Source of the DNA: an uncultured Eubacteriales bacterium
GTDB taxonomy: Bacteria > Bacillota > Thermincolia > Thermincolales > CAZWUW01
Assembly (NCBI GenBank): GCA_964636895.1
Contig: CAZWUW010000003.1
Coordinates: 1-63,933, forward strand
Direction: 5' to 3'
Length of the DNA: 63,933 nucleotides
The translations under genes were made by a program, and so were the position numbers. The notes under the pieces were generated by a model. It saw only the letters and a list, made by a program, of their open reading frames with translations. It searched no databases and had not been told where the DNA came from. Shown here one piece after another: positions 19,945 to 29,197 of this stretch. The stretch's first letter is position 1. Each line of letters starts with the position of its first letter.

Positions 19945-20970
19945 CTATCTGCTCCACCTGATTACACTAGAACCCCAAGTTAAACCCGCACCAAATCCAA
20001 CAATGACAATATTATCACCTTTCTTAATCCGGCCCTGATGAACGGCCTCAAAAAGGGCTACCGGTATTGATGCGGCTGATGTGTTTCCGTATTTTTGCAC
20101 ATTCACATAAACTCTGTCCATTGATACACCAAGGCGCTTAGCAGCAGCCTCAATAATTCTGATATTGGCCTGATGAGGAATAAAGCAGTCGATATCTTCT
20201 GCTTTGAGACCTGCACCGACTACCGCCTGGATAGCAGATGTGCCGATAATTTTAACGGCAAATTTGTATACTTCGCGCCCAACCATCTCCAAATAGTCAA
20301 GTTTTTCCGGAATGACTTTTACGTTAAATGCTGCTGCTTCCCCATCACACCCGGAACCCCTGGCCGGCATTTTCAGCAGCTCAGCGCCTGCACCGTCAGA
20401 ACCTAATTCGATAGAAAGGATGCCATATCCTGCTGCTACTTCCTGTAAAACTGCCGCCCCTGCGCCATCACCAAACAAAACACAGGTGTTGCGGTCTTCC
20501 CAGTCTATTATTTTAGAAAGCGCTTCCGCACCAATAACCAGTACCGTGTTATACAGCCCGCTTTTAATAAACTGGCTGCCTACAGCCAATGCATAAACAA
20601 AACCGGAACATCCTGCTTCCAGGTCAAAAGCCGCCGCCCGTACAGCACCAATTTTATCCTGAACAATACAGGCCGTTGCAGGAAAATACATGTCCGGGGA
20701 TATAGTGGCTACAATGATTAAATCAACATCTTCAGGCCTAACACCGGCGTCTAGCAGCGCCTGTGTTCCTGCTGCCACTGCCAGATCGGAAGTTGATAGC
20801 CCCGGGTCGGTAATACGGCGTTCCTGAATGCCGGAACGACTTTTTATCCATTCATCACTGGTGTCAACCATTTTTTCCAGTTCAGCGTTAGTCAGAACTC
20901 TTTCCGGCAAATGTATCCCCAGCCCGGTAATCCCTACCGGACGGCCTTTAAGCATTGGCACGCCGATCAT
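19945..20970 (-). CDS. fabH: 3-oxoacyl-ACP synthase III.
   Basis: Active-site EAGCSGFVYAL, HQANIRI and GFGAGLTWG. The start is ambiguous: ATG at 20970, GTG at 20961 or ATG at 20955. All three overlap the plsX stop. Confidence 0.9.
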   Translation of the reverse strand: MIGVPMLKGRPVGITGLGIHLPERVLTNAELEKMVDTSDEWIKSRSGIQERRITDPGLSTSDLAVAAGTQALLDAGVRPEDVDLIIVATISPDMYFPATACIVQDKIGAVRAAAFDLEAGCSGFVYALAVGSQFIKSGLYNTVLVIGAEALSKIIDWEDRNTCVLFGDGAGAAVLQEVAAGYGILSIELGSDGAGAELLKMPARGSGCDGEAAAFNVKVIPEKLDYLEMVGREVYKFAVKIIGTSAIQAVVGAGLKAEDIDCFIPHQANIRIIEAAAKRLGVSMDRVYVNVQKYGNTSAASIPVALFEAVHQGRIKKGDNIVIVGFGAGLTWGSSVIRWSR

Positions 20971-21967
20971 CTCCCGTCAGGTTATCACAAACACTTTCCC
21001 GGATACATTCTACAACGCTTCTTTCCACGCATTCCTTGGCCACTCTGATAGCGTTGGTGATGGCCCGGGCATGAGAACTGCCATGGCAAATGATACAAAC
21101 TCCATTAACTCCCAATAACGGTGCCCCGCCGGTTTCCGCATAATCTATTTTTTTTCTTAAGCCCTTGGCCTGTGTAAATATCAAGGCAGCGCCAATTTTA
21201 ACAAATATGTTTTTACGCAGTTCTTCTTTAATCATAATCATCAAATCAGTGGCCAGACCTTCCCCAAATTTGAGCACGATATTTCCCACAAATCCGTCAC
21301 AAACTACAACATCCGCTACTCCACTGGTAATCTCGCGCCCTTCAATGTTACCGGTAAAATTCAGGTTAGCCTTTTTCAGTAAACGGTAAGATTCAATATA
21401 CAGCTCATTACCCTTGGTTTCTTCTTCCCCAATATTTAATAACGCCACTTTGGGCTTGGGGCAGCCCATGATTTTTTGCGCATAAATTTCTCCCATAATT
21501 CCAAACTGCAAAAGGTTGGTTGGTTTTGACTCGGAGTTAGCCCCAACATCCAAAAGCAGTAGCCTGCCTTTAAGTGTGGGTATTAAACTAGCGATAGCCG
21601 GTCGGTCAATACCTTTAATCCGGCCCAGACCCAATAACGCGGCCCCCATAGCCGCGCCAGTACTCCCCGCTGAAACGATGGCATCGGCATGTTTTTCTTT
21701 TACTAACCTGGTGCCAACAACTATGGAGGAGTCTTTCTTTCTACGTAAAGCTACTGCCGGTTGTTCGCCCATTTCAATTATTTCCGTGGCATGCACCACG
21801 GAAATATCAGGATTTTGGGTATTATATGCAGCCAGTTCCTCACGGATTATTTTTTCATTGCCTACCAATATAACACCAATATTATAATTCCTGGCAGCTT
21901 CTACCGCTCCTTTGACGATTTCCGATGGAGCATAATCTCCACCCATCGCATCCACGGCAATTTTCAT
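20948..21967 (-). CDS. plsX: Phosphate acyltransferase.
   Basis: MKIAVDAMGGDYAP..., GSTGA and VCDGFVGN. Confidence 0.95.
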   Translation of the reverse strand: MKIAVDAMGGDYAPSEIVKGAVEAARNYNIGVILVGNEKIIREELAAYNTQNPDISVVHATEIIEMGEQPAVALRRKKDSSIVVGTRLVKEKHADAIVSAGSTGAAMGAALLGLGRIKGIDRPAIASLIPTLKGRLLLLDVGANSESKPTNLLQFGIMGEIYAQKIMGCPKPKVALLNIGEEETKGNELYIESYRLLKKANLNFTGNIEGREITSGVADVVVCDGFVGNIVLKFGEGLATDLMIMIKEELRKNIFVKIGAALIFTQAKGLRKKIDYAETGGAPLLGVNGVCIICHGSSHARAITNAIRVAKECVERSVVECIRESVCDNLTGDDRRANA

Positions 21968-21982
21968 GTCCTGGTTTCCTCC

Positions 21983-22549
21983 TTACCGGTTGATCACAAA
22001 AACACTAAAATCGCCTTCAAATACTATTTCCTGATTCACTCTCGAAACCACAGAAATACTGTACCGATTGCTCTTTTTTGAGTTGACTGTAGCCTTAGCG
22101 ATAATTTTTTCGCCCATAATCACCGGCCTTTTAAATACCACCTGGGCCGACCCAGTCAACGCCACTTCGGCATTTACCACTGCCACGGCCAGCGAATTAG
22201 CCTGCGCAAACAAAAAGTGCCCGCGGGCAATATCGTTCTTTCGGAACACCATGTCCGGTGTAACCTCCAGGATGGACAGAGCATTTTTGTCCAGTTCCAC
22301 ATCTACCGGCTCTCCTATAAGTTCGGCGCCGCTTAATGTTCTGATTTGGTCATAATTTCCCTCAGCCACTTTTTTGACTCTTTCTCTTAATTCGGGAATA
22401 CCCAATTCCAGCCTGTCAAGCCGGATGGTCTGGATGCTTACAGAAAACAGCCGGGCTAATTCCTCGTCCGGCAAAAAAGGATTCTCTTCTATAATGTTAC
22501 TCAATTCTTTCAGACGTAGTACCTTATTAGGCTTAATGCCGTTAGTCAT
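21983..22549 (-). CDS. fapR: Fatty-acid and phospholipid synthesis transcriptional repressor FapR.
   Basis: 188 aa. N-terminal HTH (LARLFSVSIQTIRLDR) plus a hot-dog thioesterase-like C-terminus. First gene of the fab operon. Confidence 0.9.
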   Translation of the reverse strand: MTNGIKPNKVLRLKELSNIIEENPFLPDEELARLFSVSIQTIRLDRLELGIPELRERVKKVAEGNYDQIRTLSGAELIGEPVDVELDKNALSILEVTPDMVFRKNDIARGHFLFAQANSLAVAVVNAEVALTGSAQVVFKRPVIMGEKIIAKATVNSKKSNRYSISVVSRVNQEIVFEGDFSVFVINR

Positions 22550-22571
22550 GATATATCACCTATAGATACAA

Positions 22572-22588
22572 TTAGTAGCTGCTACTAA
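22572..22588 (-). promoter_or_regulatory. Candidate FapR operator (17-bp palindrome).
   Basis: TTAGTAGC-T-GCTACTAA is a perfect 8-1-8 inverted repeat. It resembles the B. subtilis FapR consensus TTAGTACCAGATACTAA (from memory). It starts 4 nt downstream of the -10 element. Confidence 0.7.
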
Positions 22589-22592
22589 ACAT

Positions 22593-22621
22593 AGTATATG
22601 ATACCAGCTCCTAATTTGCAA
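22593..22621 (-). promoter_or_regulatory. SigmaA-type promoter of the fapR-fab operon.
   Basis: On the minus strand: TTGCAA (22621-22616), 17 nt, TATACT (22598-22593). About 45 nt upstream of the fapR ATG. Confidence 0.6.
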
Positions 22622-22652
22622 GCAAAAAGAATGTCGATGTCTCGGTAATAAT

Positions 22653-22690
22653 GAAAGAGCAAGCTATCATGCACCTTAGCTTGCTCTTTC
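22653..22690 (-). terminator. Hairpin downstream of rpmF (probable terminator).
   Basis: 14-bp perfect stem GAAAGAGCAAGCTA/TAGCTTGCTCTTTC with a 10-nt loop, 35 nt after the rpmF stop. The trailing U-run on the minus strand is weak. Confidence 0.5.
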
Positions 22691-22724
22691 ATTATTCCTT
22701 TTATTCCATATTTCCATTTTTTTC

Positions 22725-22904
22725 TTATTCGGCTTTGGCCACAACCTCTTTATCCTTGTAATACCCACATCCAGGGCAAACCCGATGAGGCATCTTCGGT
22801 TCGTGACATTGCGGACAAGAGATAAAGCCCGGAGCAGTAATCTTCTGCTGAGCCCTTCTCATTCTATTTTTTGATTTGGATCGTCTATGCTGCGGTACCC
22901 CCAT
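22725..22904 (-). CDS. rpmF: 50S ribosomal protein L32.
   Basis: Missing from the ORF track because it is only 59 aa. It reads [69 protein letters not shown] lies 6 nt upstream. Confidence 0.9.
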   Translation of the reverse strand: MGVPQHRRSKSKNRMRRAQQKITAPGFISCPQCHEPKMPHRVCPGCGYYKDKEVVAKAE

Positions 22905-22927
22905 CTAACACACCTCCTTTAAGCCCT

Positions 22928-23440
22928 TTAAGATTTAAGATAATCTTTTAACGCCGCTAACCGTGGGTCAATGTCCTCTTCCTTGCAGTCGCATGCGCTT
23001 ATGTTTTTATTATGCCCACATATCGGGCAAATGCCCCGGCAGTCATTTGAACATACCGGTTTCATGGGCAGGTCCAGGATTATATTATCCCTAACCACAT
23101 CTGCAAAATCTATCTTATTATCCTCATATATATGGTAATTCCTGTACTCATCATCCCCGTCGTCAGCCTCGGAAACATGGCGGTACTGTTCCGCAAACGC
23201 TGTCAGCACATGATGTTTGTATGTATCCAGGCACCGACCGCAAACAAGCTGAAGCTCTCCGGAGATTTCACCTTTTACCAGCAACGAAACGCCAATATTG
23301 GTGATTGCCAATCGAACCGCCGCCGGTTCCGCAAAAACAGCCTGCCCGACGTCTATTTCAAGAGGCGGTATCTCCTCTTGAAATTCATAATGACGGGTTT
23401 CACCAGGGGCTTTGCGCAATTCGGTAACATCTATCCTCAT
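22928..23440 (-). CDS. yceD: YceD/DUF177 family protein.
   Basis: 170 aa with a C-terminal Cys cluster CSNDCRGICPICGHNKNISACDC. Conserved pairing directly upstream of rpmF. Confidence 0.85.
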   Translation of the reverse strand: MRIDVTELRKAPGETRHYEFQEEIPPLEIDVGQAVFAEPAAVRLAITNIGVSLLVKGEISGELQLVCGRCLDTYKHHVLTAFAEQYRHVSEADDGDDEYRNYHIYEDNKIDFADVVRDNIILDLPMKPVCSNDCRGICPICGHNKNISACDCKEEDIDPRLAALKDYLKS

Positions 23441-23509
23441 GGTAACACCTCATATTCAACAAATTTTATTATATACACCGGTATCTTTTTTGTCAAGGAA
23501 AATGTTGTC

Positions 23510-24529
23510 TTAAACGGGTTGTGTCTCGCTTACACTAACCTGGGCCTGGACGGCTGTGATAGCGGTGACATTGACAATATCCTGCACACTGCAACCCCGG
23601 GATAAGTCATTAACCGGTTTGGCCATACCCTGTAAAACCGGACCGACAGCTTCCGCATTAGCCAACCGCTGACCCAGTTTATAACCGATATTGCCGGACT
23701 GCAAATCAGGAAAAATCAATACATTTACATGTCCGGCTACATCACTGCCTGGTGCTTTGTGGGCACCAATAGCCGGCACAAGAGCTGCATCCGCCTGCAG
23801 TTCACCGTCTATACTTATGTGCGGATACCTAGCTTTGGCAATGGCGGTAGCACGGCGGACCTTTGCCACCATCTTGTGTTCCGCACTGCCTTTAGTTGAA
23901 AACGATAACATGCCTACCATGGGCTCCAGTCCTGCGAGTTGACAGGCTGTACCGGCCGTAGCAAAAGCGATTTCCGCCAGCTGTTCCGCCGTCGGTTCCG
24001 GATTTACGGCACAATCCGCAAAAACCATGACCCCTTTTTCACCGAACTGCCGGTTTGGCATGATCATTATAAAGGCACCGGAAACTACAGAGATGCCTGG
24101 TGCGGTTTTTATTATTTGCAGCGCCGGGCGCAAAACATCGGAGGTTGGACTCAAAGACCCTGCTACCATACCGTCGGCGTGACCCAGTTTGAGCATCATA
24201 GTTCCGTAGTATAGTGGGTCGGCCAGCAACCGACCGGCTTCATCTCTGGTCAAGCCTTTATGATGACGCAGTTTAAATAGTTCTGCACTATATTTATCAA
24301 GTTTTTCCTGCCGGTAATTGATAATTTGCACTCCGTCAAGACACACGCCCATTTTGGCAGCTTTTGCCATTATTTCGGATGCCTTACCCAACAGGATTAC
24401 TTTGGCAATTTTTTGTTCACAGATATCACCGGCAGCAGCTAATACCCGTTCATCAGCGGTTTCCGGGAGAACAATCCGCGCTAAACCTCTACTGGCCTTA
24501 AACCTTATTTTAGTCAACAGGTCCGGCAA
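23510..24529 (-). CDS. pta: Phosphate acetyltransferase (short form).
   Basis: 339 aa with a TTG start. Contains RIVLPE..DERVL.AA, GHADGMVAG and SRGCSVQDIVN. Confidence 0.8.
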   Translation of the reverse strand: MPDLLTKIRFKASRGLARIVLPETADERVLAAAGDICEQKIAKVILLGKASEIMAKAAKMGVCLDGVQIINYRQEKLDKYSAELFKLRHHKGLTRDEAGRLLADPLYYGTMMLKLGHADGMVAGSLSPTSDVLRPALQIIKTAPGISVVSGAFIMIMPNRQFGEKGVMVFADCAVNPEPTAEQLAEIAFATAGTACQLAGLEPMVGMLSFSTKGSAEHKMVAKVRRATAIAKARYPHISIDGELQADAALVPAIGAHKAPGSDVAGHVNVLIFPDLQSGNIGYKLGQRLANAEAVGPVLQGMAKPVNDLSRGCSVQDIVNVTAITAVQAQVSVSETQPV

Positions 24530-24701
24530 CTGTGTCCCCCCTTTGAGTCGAAAGATTAGTATTAGTTATTACACAAAATCGCTTTTTTAACTACTAAATA
24601 ACTTAATTTTGATATCCCTGATATAAAAATGTAATCACCGGCGGCAGGATAATCGTAGCAAACAGTGGAAAAACTACTAAATTAATAACAAGGAGGGCCC
24701 T

Positions 24702-25958
24702 ATGAATGTAGTTGGCTTAATTACCGAATATAACCCATTTCATAATGGCCACCGGCTGCACCTGGAGAATGCGGTGGAAATGACCCGGGCCGAAGCCGTG
24801 GTGGTGGTCATGAGTGGTAATTTTCTACAGCGGGGTGAGCCTGCTCTCTTCAATAAATGGAGCAGAGCTGGAATGGCGCTGGCCGGCGGAGCTGATGTGG
24901 TGCTGGAACTGCCGGCGGCCTTTGCCACTAGAAGCGCCCGCCAATTTGCGACCGGAGCAGTACGGATTCTAAACGACTCGGGTGTAGTAAGTCACCTATG
25001 TTTCGGCAGTGAATCGGGCGAGGTTGAACCGTTGCAAAGACTGGCCGATCTTTTCCGGCATGAACCGCCGGAGTTTAAGAAACTTATAAAAAAACACCTG
25101 CAATCAGGTGTTACACTGCCGGTAGCCGGGTCAAGGGCACTGGCGGAATATATGACGTTTTCCCGAACGGGTTTACAACCCAGCGACCGGGAGTTACTTA
25201 ACCGGCCTAACAATATCTTGGGCATAGAATACCTACGCGCCTTAGCAGATATCAACAGTGTGGTAAAACCGGTTACTATGGCCAGGGTAGCAGCCGGATA
25301 CCATGATACCCATTTTTCTTCCAATGGCATAGCCAGCGCTACCGGTATCCGAAAAGCCCTTGAAAAGTCAGGCGGTTTAACTGATGAAGTAAACGAGGTC
25401 GTGCCAATGGATACAATGCGTTTTATGCAGGAAGAAAGGGCGCTGGGCAGAGGACCGGTGTTTCCTGAACGTCTTATGCCGCTGCTTTTATATAGATTAA
25501 GAACAGCAACTAAGGAACAATTGGCGGCAACCCTGGATATCAGTGAGGGTCTTGAAAACAGGATTACCAGGGCGGCGCGTAATCCCGGCACTTATACCGA
25601 GTTTGTAGCTGCCATCAAAACCAAACGTTATACCCGAACTAGGATTCAACGGGCGCTGTTATACATTATGCTTGGTTTTAACAAAGAAATGGCAAATAAT
25701 TTTGATGTGTCCGGCCCAGGTTATATAAGAATTCTCGGTGTTTCTTCAAAAGGTCGTGAATTAATCCGGCATATGAAAAAAAGAGCGGCTTTACCTGTGG
25801 TTACAAGAGTGTTGCCCTTTATGGAAACACCTGGCCACGCTCGGGATATGTTGAGCTTCGATATCCTGGCCACCGACCTGTATACTTTGCTTTATCCCAA
25901 TTCCCACCTTTATGCAGCCGGTCAGGACTATAAAGTAATGCCGGTGATGCTAAAATAA
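24702..25958 (+). CDS. tmcAL: tRNA(Met) cytidine acetate ligase (YlbM/UPF0348 nucleotidyltransferase).
   Basis: MNVVGLITEYNPFHNGHRLHL, MSGNFLQRGEPA and NNILGIEYLRA. Confidence 0.8.
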   Translation: MNVVGLITEYNPFHNGHRLHLENAVEMTRAEAVVVVMSGNFLQRGEPALFNKWSRAGMALAGGADVVLELPAAFATRSARQFATGAVRILNDSGVVSHLCFGSESGEVEPLQRLADLFRHEPPEFKKLIKKHLQSGVTLPVAGSRALAEYMTFSRTGLQPSDRELLNRPNNILGIEYLRALADINSVVKPVTMARVAAGYHDTHFSSNGIASATGIRKALEKSGGLTDEVNEVVPMDTMRFMQEERALGRGPVFPERLMPLLLYRLRTATKEQLAATLDISEGLENRITRAARNPGTYTEFVAAIKTKRYTRTRIQRALLYIMLGFNKEMANNFDVSGPGYIRILGVSSKGRELIRHMKKRAALPVVTRVLPFMETPGHARDMLSFDILATDLYTLLYPNSHLYAAGQDYKVMPVMLK

Positions 25959-26023
25959 AATGGTATACCACGGTCTTTTTAACTATATATTTCATAAGAG
26001 AAACTTCTTATGAAGGTGATGTT

Positions 26024-27217
26024 TTGAAGCACGGTTATTTTTGGACCTTTTGTGTTATAAGCTTTGTAGTCTCAATGGTGATATTCCCGGGTGAAGTTTA
26101 TGATGCTGCCAGAACAGGTCTTAAAGCCTGGTGGGAAATTGTATTGCCCGCCCTTTTGCCATTTTTCATAGCCGCTGAATTACTAATGAACTTTGGTATC
26201 GTCCATTTCATGGGTGTACTGCTGGAACCGGTTATGCGGCCGCTTTTCAACGTGCCCGGTACCGGTTCTTTTGTTATGGCGGTGGGTTTCACCTCCGGCT
26301 TTCCCATAAGCTCATATATTACCGCCCAACTGCGAAAAGACCGCTTGTGTACAAGGATTGAGGCTGAAAGGCTAATGAGTTTCACCAACAACGCCTCACC
26401 GTTGTTCATGCTGGTTGCCGTTTCCGTAGGGATGTTCAAAGCCCCGGAGCTGGGGCTGGTGATTGCGGGAGCACATTACCTGGCCAACCTGACAGTTGGT
26501 CTTTTGCTTCGTTTTTACGGCCGCCATGACCCGGAAGTTTTACCCACCGTTATGCACAGCCGGGATCGGCTGCTGCGCCGAGCCTGGCAGCAAATGGCCA
26601 TAGCTTGGCAAAAAGAACGCCGCCCGCCCGGTAAATTATTGGGTGACGCTATTATAAACTCCGTAAATAAACTCTTGGCTATAGGCGGTTTTGTCATCAT
26701 CTTTGCAGTGTTAATCAGAATTCTTTCCAAGATTGGGTTAATGTCGTTCTTTGCCCATGCCCTGTCCCCTTTGCTAACGTCTGTGGGCTTACAACCGGCA
26801 GCCATTGATGCCCTGATGCAAGGCCTGTTTGAAGTAACTCTAGGTACCAAAGCGGCCAGCGAAGCCTTGATACCATTTTCTCAGCAAATTATGGTAGCCG
26901 CAATTTGCCTGGCTTGGAGCGGTTTATCCGTGCACGCTCAGGTAGCCGCCATGATCAGTGAAACAGATATCCGAATGCTGCCTTTTGTGCTGGCAAGATG
27001 CGGGCAAGCTGTACTGGCCGCCATATATTCCCTCTTACTCTTAAAGACTGATAACGGTACACTGTCATACTTGGCTAGGCCGGTTTTTCATTACCTGCCG
27101 GCAAGTGATGGATTTCCCGCATGGCTGGACACGCTTCGCTTTTCTTCATTTTTATTGACCGGTATGCTAATTTTTCTCATGATTATATGCACTTTCGTTA
27201 TATCTCTCAGGAAGTAA
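26024..27217 (+). CDS. ylbJ: Sporulation integral membrane protein YlbJ (nucleoside-recognition-domain family).
   Basis: 397-aa polytopic protein with a TTG start after GAAGGTGA. Its position in the ylb cluster fits YlbJ. Confidence 0.75.
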   Translation: MKHGYFWTFCVISFVVSMVIFPGEVYDAARTGLKAWWEIVLPALLPFFIAAELLMNFGIVHFMGVLLEPVMRPLFNVPGTGSFVMAVGFTSGFPISSYITAQLRKDRLCTRIEAERLMSFTNNASPLFMLVAVSVGMFKAPELGLVIAGAHYLANLTVGLLLRFYGRHDPEVLPTVMHSRDRLLRRAWQQMAIAWQKERRPPGKLLGDAIINSVNKLLAIGGFVIIFAVLIRILSKIGLMSFFAHALSPLLTSVGLQPAAIDALMQGLFEVTLGTKAASEALIPFSQQIMVAAICLAWSGLSVHAQVAAMISETDIRMLPFVLARCGQAVLAAIYSLLLLKTDNGTLSYLARPVFHYLPASDGFPAWLDTLRFSSFLLTGMLIFLMIICTFVISLRK

Positions 27218-27245
27218 AATAATTAGTATAATAATTTCCAAATAC

Positions 27246-27282
27246 AAAAAAAGTGACCCTTTATAGGTCACTTCTTTATTTT
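27246..27282. terminator. Bidirectional terminator.
   Basis: AAAAA-AAGTGACC-(ctttata)-GGTCACTT-cTTTATTTT, between the convergent ylbJ and the coiled-coil gene. Confidence 0.7.
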
Positions 27283-27762
27283 CTATTCTTTGGCTGCCGC
27301 AGCATCCTTTTCTATCTTAGGACCGTGTTTTAGTTCCTCTCGTCCGTTCTTAACCGTTACCAGATTGTTTTCCAGGTTTTTTTCCAATGTGTGCAACAAT
27401 TCGTCCGCAAACTGATAGGCGCTCATTTTTATTTCCCGGGATAAATTCTGCGCCTGTTCTACAATATCCCGGCCGTGTTCCTGGGCTTGCCTGGCAATTT
27501 CCGTTTCACCGGCCATTTTGGCAATCTCTTCTCTGGCTTCAGTCACAATCCGCTGCGCTTCTTTTTGCGCCTCATCTAAAATCCGTTCCCGCTCCTGAGT
27601 GATAACTTTTGCCTGTCGCATTTCTTCAGGTAAAGCTGTACGGACGTGATCAATCATATCCAGAATTAATTCATCATCGATTAATATCTTGCCAACTAAC
27701 GGTACTTTTGTACTATCCTCAACCATTTCTTCCATCTCATTCAAGACATCTAGGATATCCAT
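27283..27762 (-). CDS. Coiled-coil protein of unknown function (V-ATPase subunit-H/ATPase-like annotation class).
   Basis: The ORF track extends to 27855. I prefer the ATG at 27762 (GGAGGATGGCA-ATG), which removes the overlap with coaD. The sequence is E/Q/R/A-rich heptad-like. Confidence 0.6.
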   Translation of the reverse strand: MDILDVLNEMEEMVEDSTKVPLVGKILIDDELILDMIDHVRTALPEEMRQAKVITQERERILDEAQKEAQRIVTEAREEIAKMAGETEIARQAQEHGRDIVEQAQNLSREIKMSAYQFADELLHTLEKNLENNLVTVKNGREELKHGPKIEKDAAAAKE

Positions 27763-27775
27763 TGCCATCCTCCCC

Positions 27776-28267
27776 CTATTGGTCATTCTTATTGAACTTT
27801 TGGCGGAGCCGTTGTTCAACAAGTGCCGGCACAAAGGCTCCCACACATCCACCATATGAAGCTACTTCCTTAACCACACTGGAACTCAAAAAGGAAACAT
27901 CAGCCTGAGCCATCATAAATATGGTTTCTACTTCAGGCATGAGCTTTTTATTAGTTAACGCCATCTGAAATTCATTTTCAAAATCTGATATGGCCCTTAA
28001 ACCTCTTATGATTGCAGTTGCCTTATGTAGTCGAGCATAATTAACGGTAAGCCCAAAAAACGAACCCACCCGCACATTAGCGTACGGCGTTAATAATTTA
28101 TTTAACATTTCTACCCGCTCTTCAATAGTAAAGAGAGGTTGTTTGCCAGAGTTTTTGGAAACAGCAACTATTACTTCGTCAAAAACCTGAGCCGCCCGTC
28201 CAACAATATCCAGATGACCGTTGGTAACGGGATCAAAGCTCCCCGGATAGACGGCAATTCTATTCAA
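27776..28267 (-). CDS. coaD: Phosphopantetheine adenylyltransferase.
   Basis: AVYPGSFDPVTNGHLDIV and the family pattern ISSSVVKEV. Confidence 0.95.
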   Translation of the reverse strand: MNRIAVYPGSFDPVTNGHLDIVGRAAQVFDEVIVAVSKNSGKQPLFTIEERVEMLNKLLTPYANVRVGSFFGLTVNYARLHKATAIIRGLRAISDFENEFQMALTNKKLMPEVETIFMMAQADVSFLSSSVVKEVASYGGCVGAFVPALVEQRLRQKFNKNDQ

Positions 28268-28280
28268 TTTGCTCCTCCTT

Positions 28281-28844
28281 TCAATGTTCCGCCAGTGGAT
28301 ACCGGTAAATATTCAACAACGTATCCCCGTACTTTTCTTGGCGGACCATCATCAATTGCCCTACCTGCTCAGGCAATTGATCTTTTTTGCTGCTTTCAAC
28401 TATTACAAATCCTTCTTCATGTAATAAACTGTAATCATTTATTAATCCTAATGCTATTTTCTCATGATTTTTTAAATAAGGAGGGTCAATAAAAACCAAA
28501 TCAAAAACTATCCCCCGGTTCCTCAGCCTGTCCAAAGCCATCGTATAATCAAGCCGGTATGTCTCGGCCCTGTATAGCAAACCTGTCAGGGTTAGATTAT
28601 CCTGTAAAACCCGAAAAGCTCCGGGGTCGATTTCCACAAAAATAGCCTGGGCCGCCCCCCGGCTTAAAGCCTCAATACCAACACTGCCTGTCCCGGCAAA
28701 CAAATCAAGAAATACAGCATTCAAGACCCTGTTGCCCAATATGTTGAATAATGCCTCTTTGACCCTATCGGCAGTCGGTCTGGTCTCCATACCTTTAGGC
28801 GTTCTAAGCTTGCGTCCTTTTGCAGTTCCGGTTATAACCCGCAA
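28281..28844 (-). CDS. rsmD: 16S rRNA (guanine966-N2)-methyltransferase RsmD (YlbH).
   Basis: TTG start. Contains MRVITGTAKGRKL..P.G..TRPT.DRVKEALFNIL, DLFAGTG and FIDPPY. Confidence 0.9.
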   Translation of the reverse strand: MRVITGTAKGRKLRTPKGMETRPTADRVKEALFNILGNRVLNAVFLDLFAGTGSVGIEALSRGAAQAIFVEIDPGAFRVLQDNLTLTGLLYRAETYRLDYTMALDRLRNRGIVFDLVFIDPPYLKNHEKIALGLINDYSLLHEEGFVIVESSKKDQLPEQVGQLMMVRQEKYGDTLLNIYRYPLAEH

Positions 28845-28870
28845 TTATGACAGCACTCCCAATATGTGAA

Positions 28871-28898
28871 ATTATAGCATAATAATAAAATTATAGCA
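28871..28898 (-). promoter_or_regulatory. Two tandem extended -10 boxes upstream of rsmD.
   Basis: TGCTATAAT occurs twice on the minus strand (28879-28871 and 28898-28890), 19 bp apart. Both match TGnTATAAT. I could not identify a good -35. Confidence 0.45.
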
Positions 28899-29070
28899 CA
28901 TTAAAGATTAAAAAGCGATTTTTTTAAGATATTATTTTTGTCATTTATATGTATAATCTATAGCTGCAGAGTAAATAATACTATCAAAATTACATAGTGT
29001 AATTTTTGGAGGCAAGAGCGAGGATTAACCCTCCCCCAAACCAGCTCTTCCTCCGGTTTCTCCTCTCCCT

Positions 29071-29110
29071 GGAACGGTGGCTAAATGCCACCGTTCCTAA
29101 TATTTTTATT
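29071..29110 (+). terminator. Orphan plus-strand intrinsic-terminator-like hairpin.
   Basis: GGAACGGTGGC-taaat-GCCACCGTTCC followed by TAATATTTTTATT. There is no annotated plus-strand gene upstream. On the minus strand it lacks a U-tail. Confidence 0.5.
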
Positions 29111-29197
29111 AAGCAACAACATAGAAATGAGGAGTGGAAGCGCAATGACACTTCGAACTCCCCACTTATTTTTCAGGCATATTAAATCCCGGATTAT

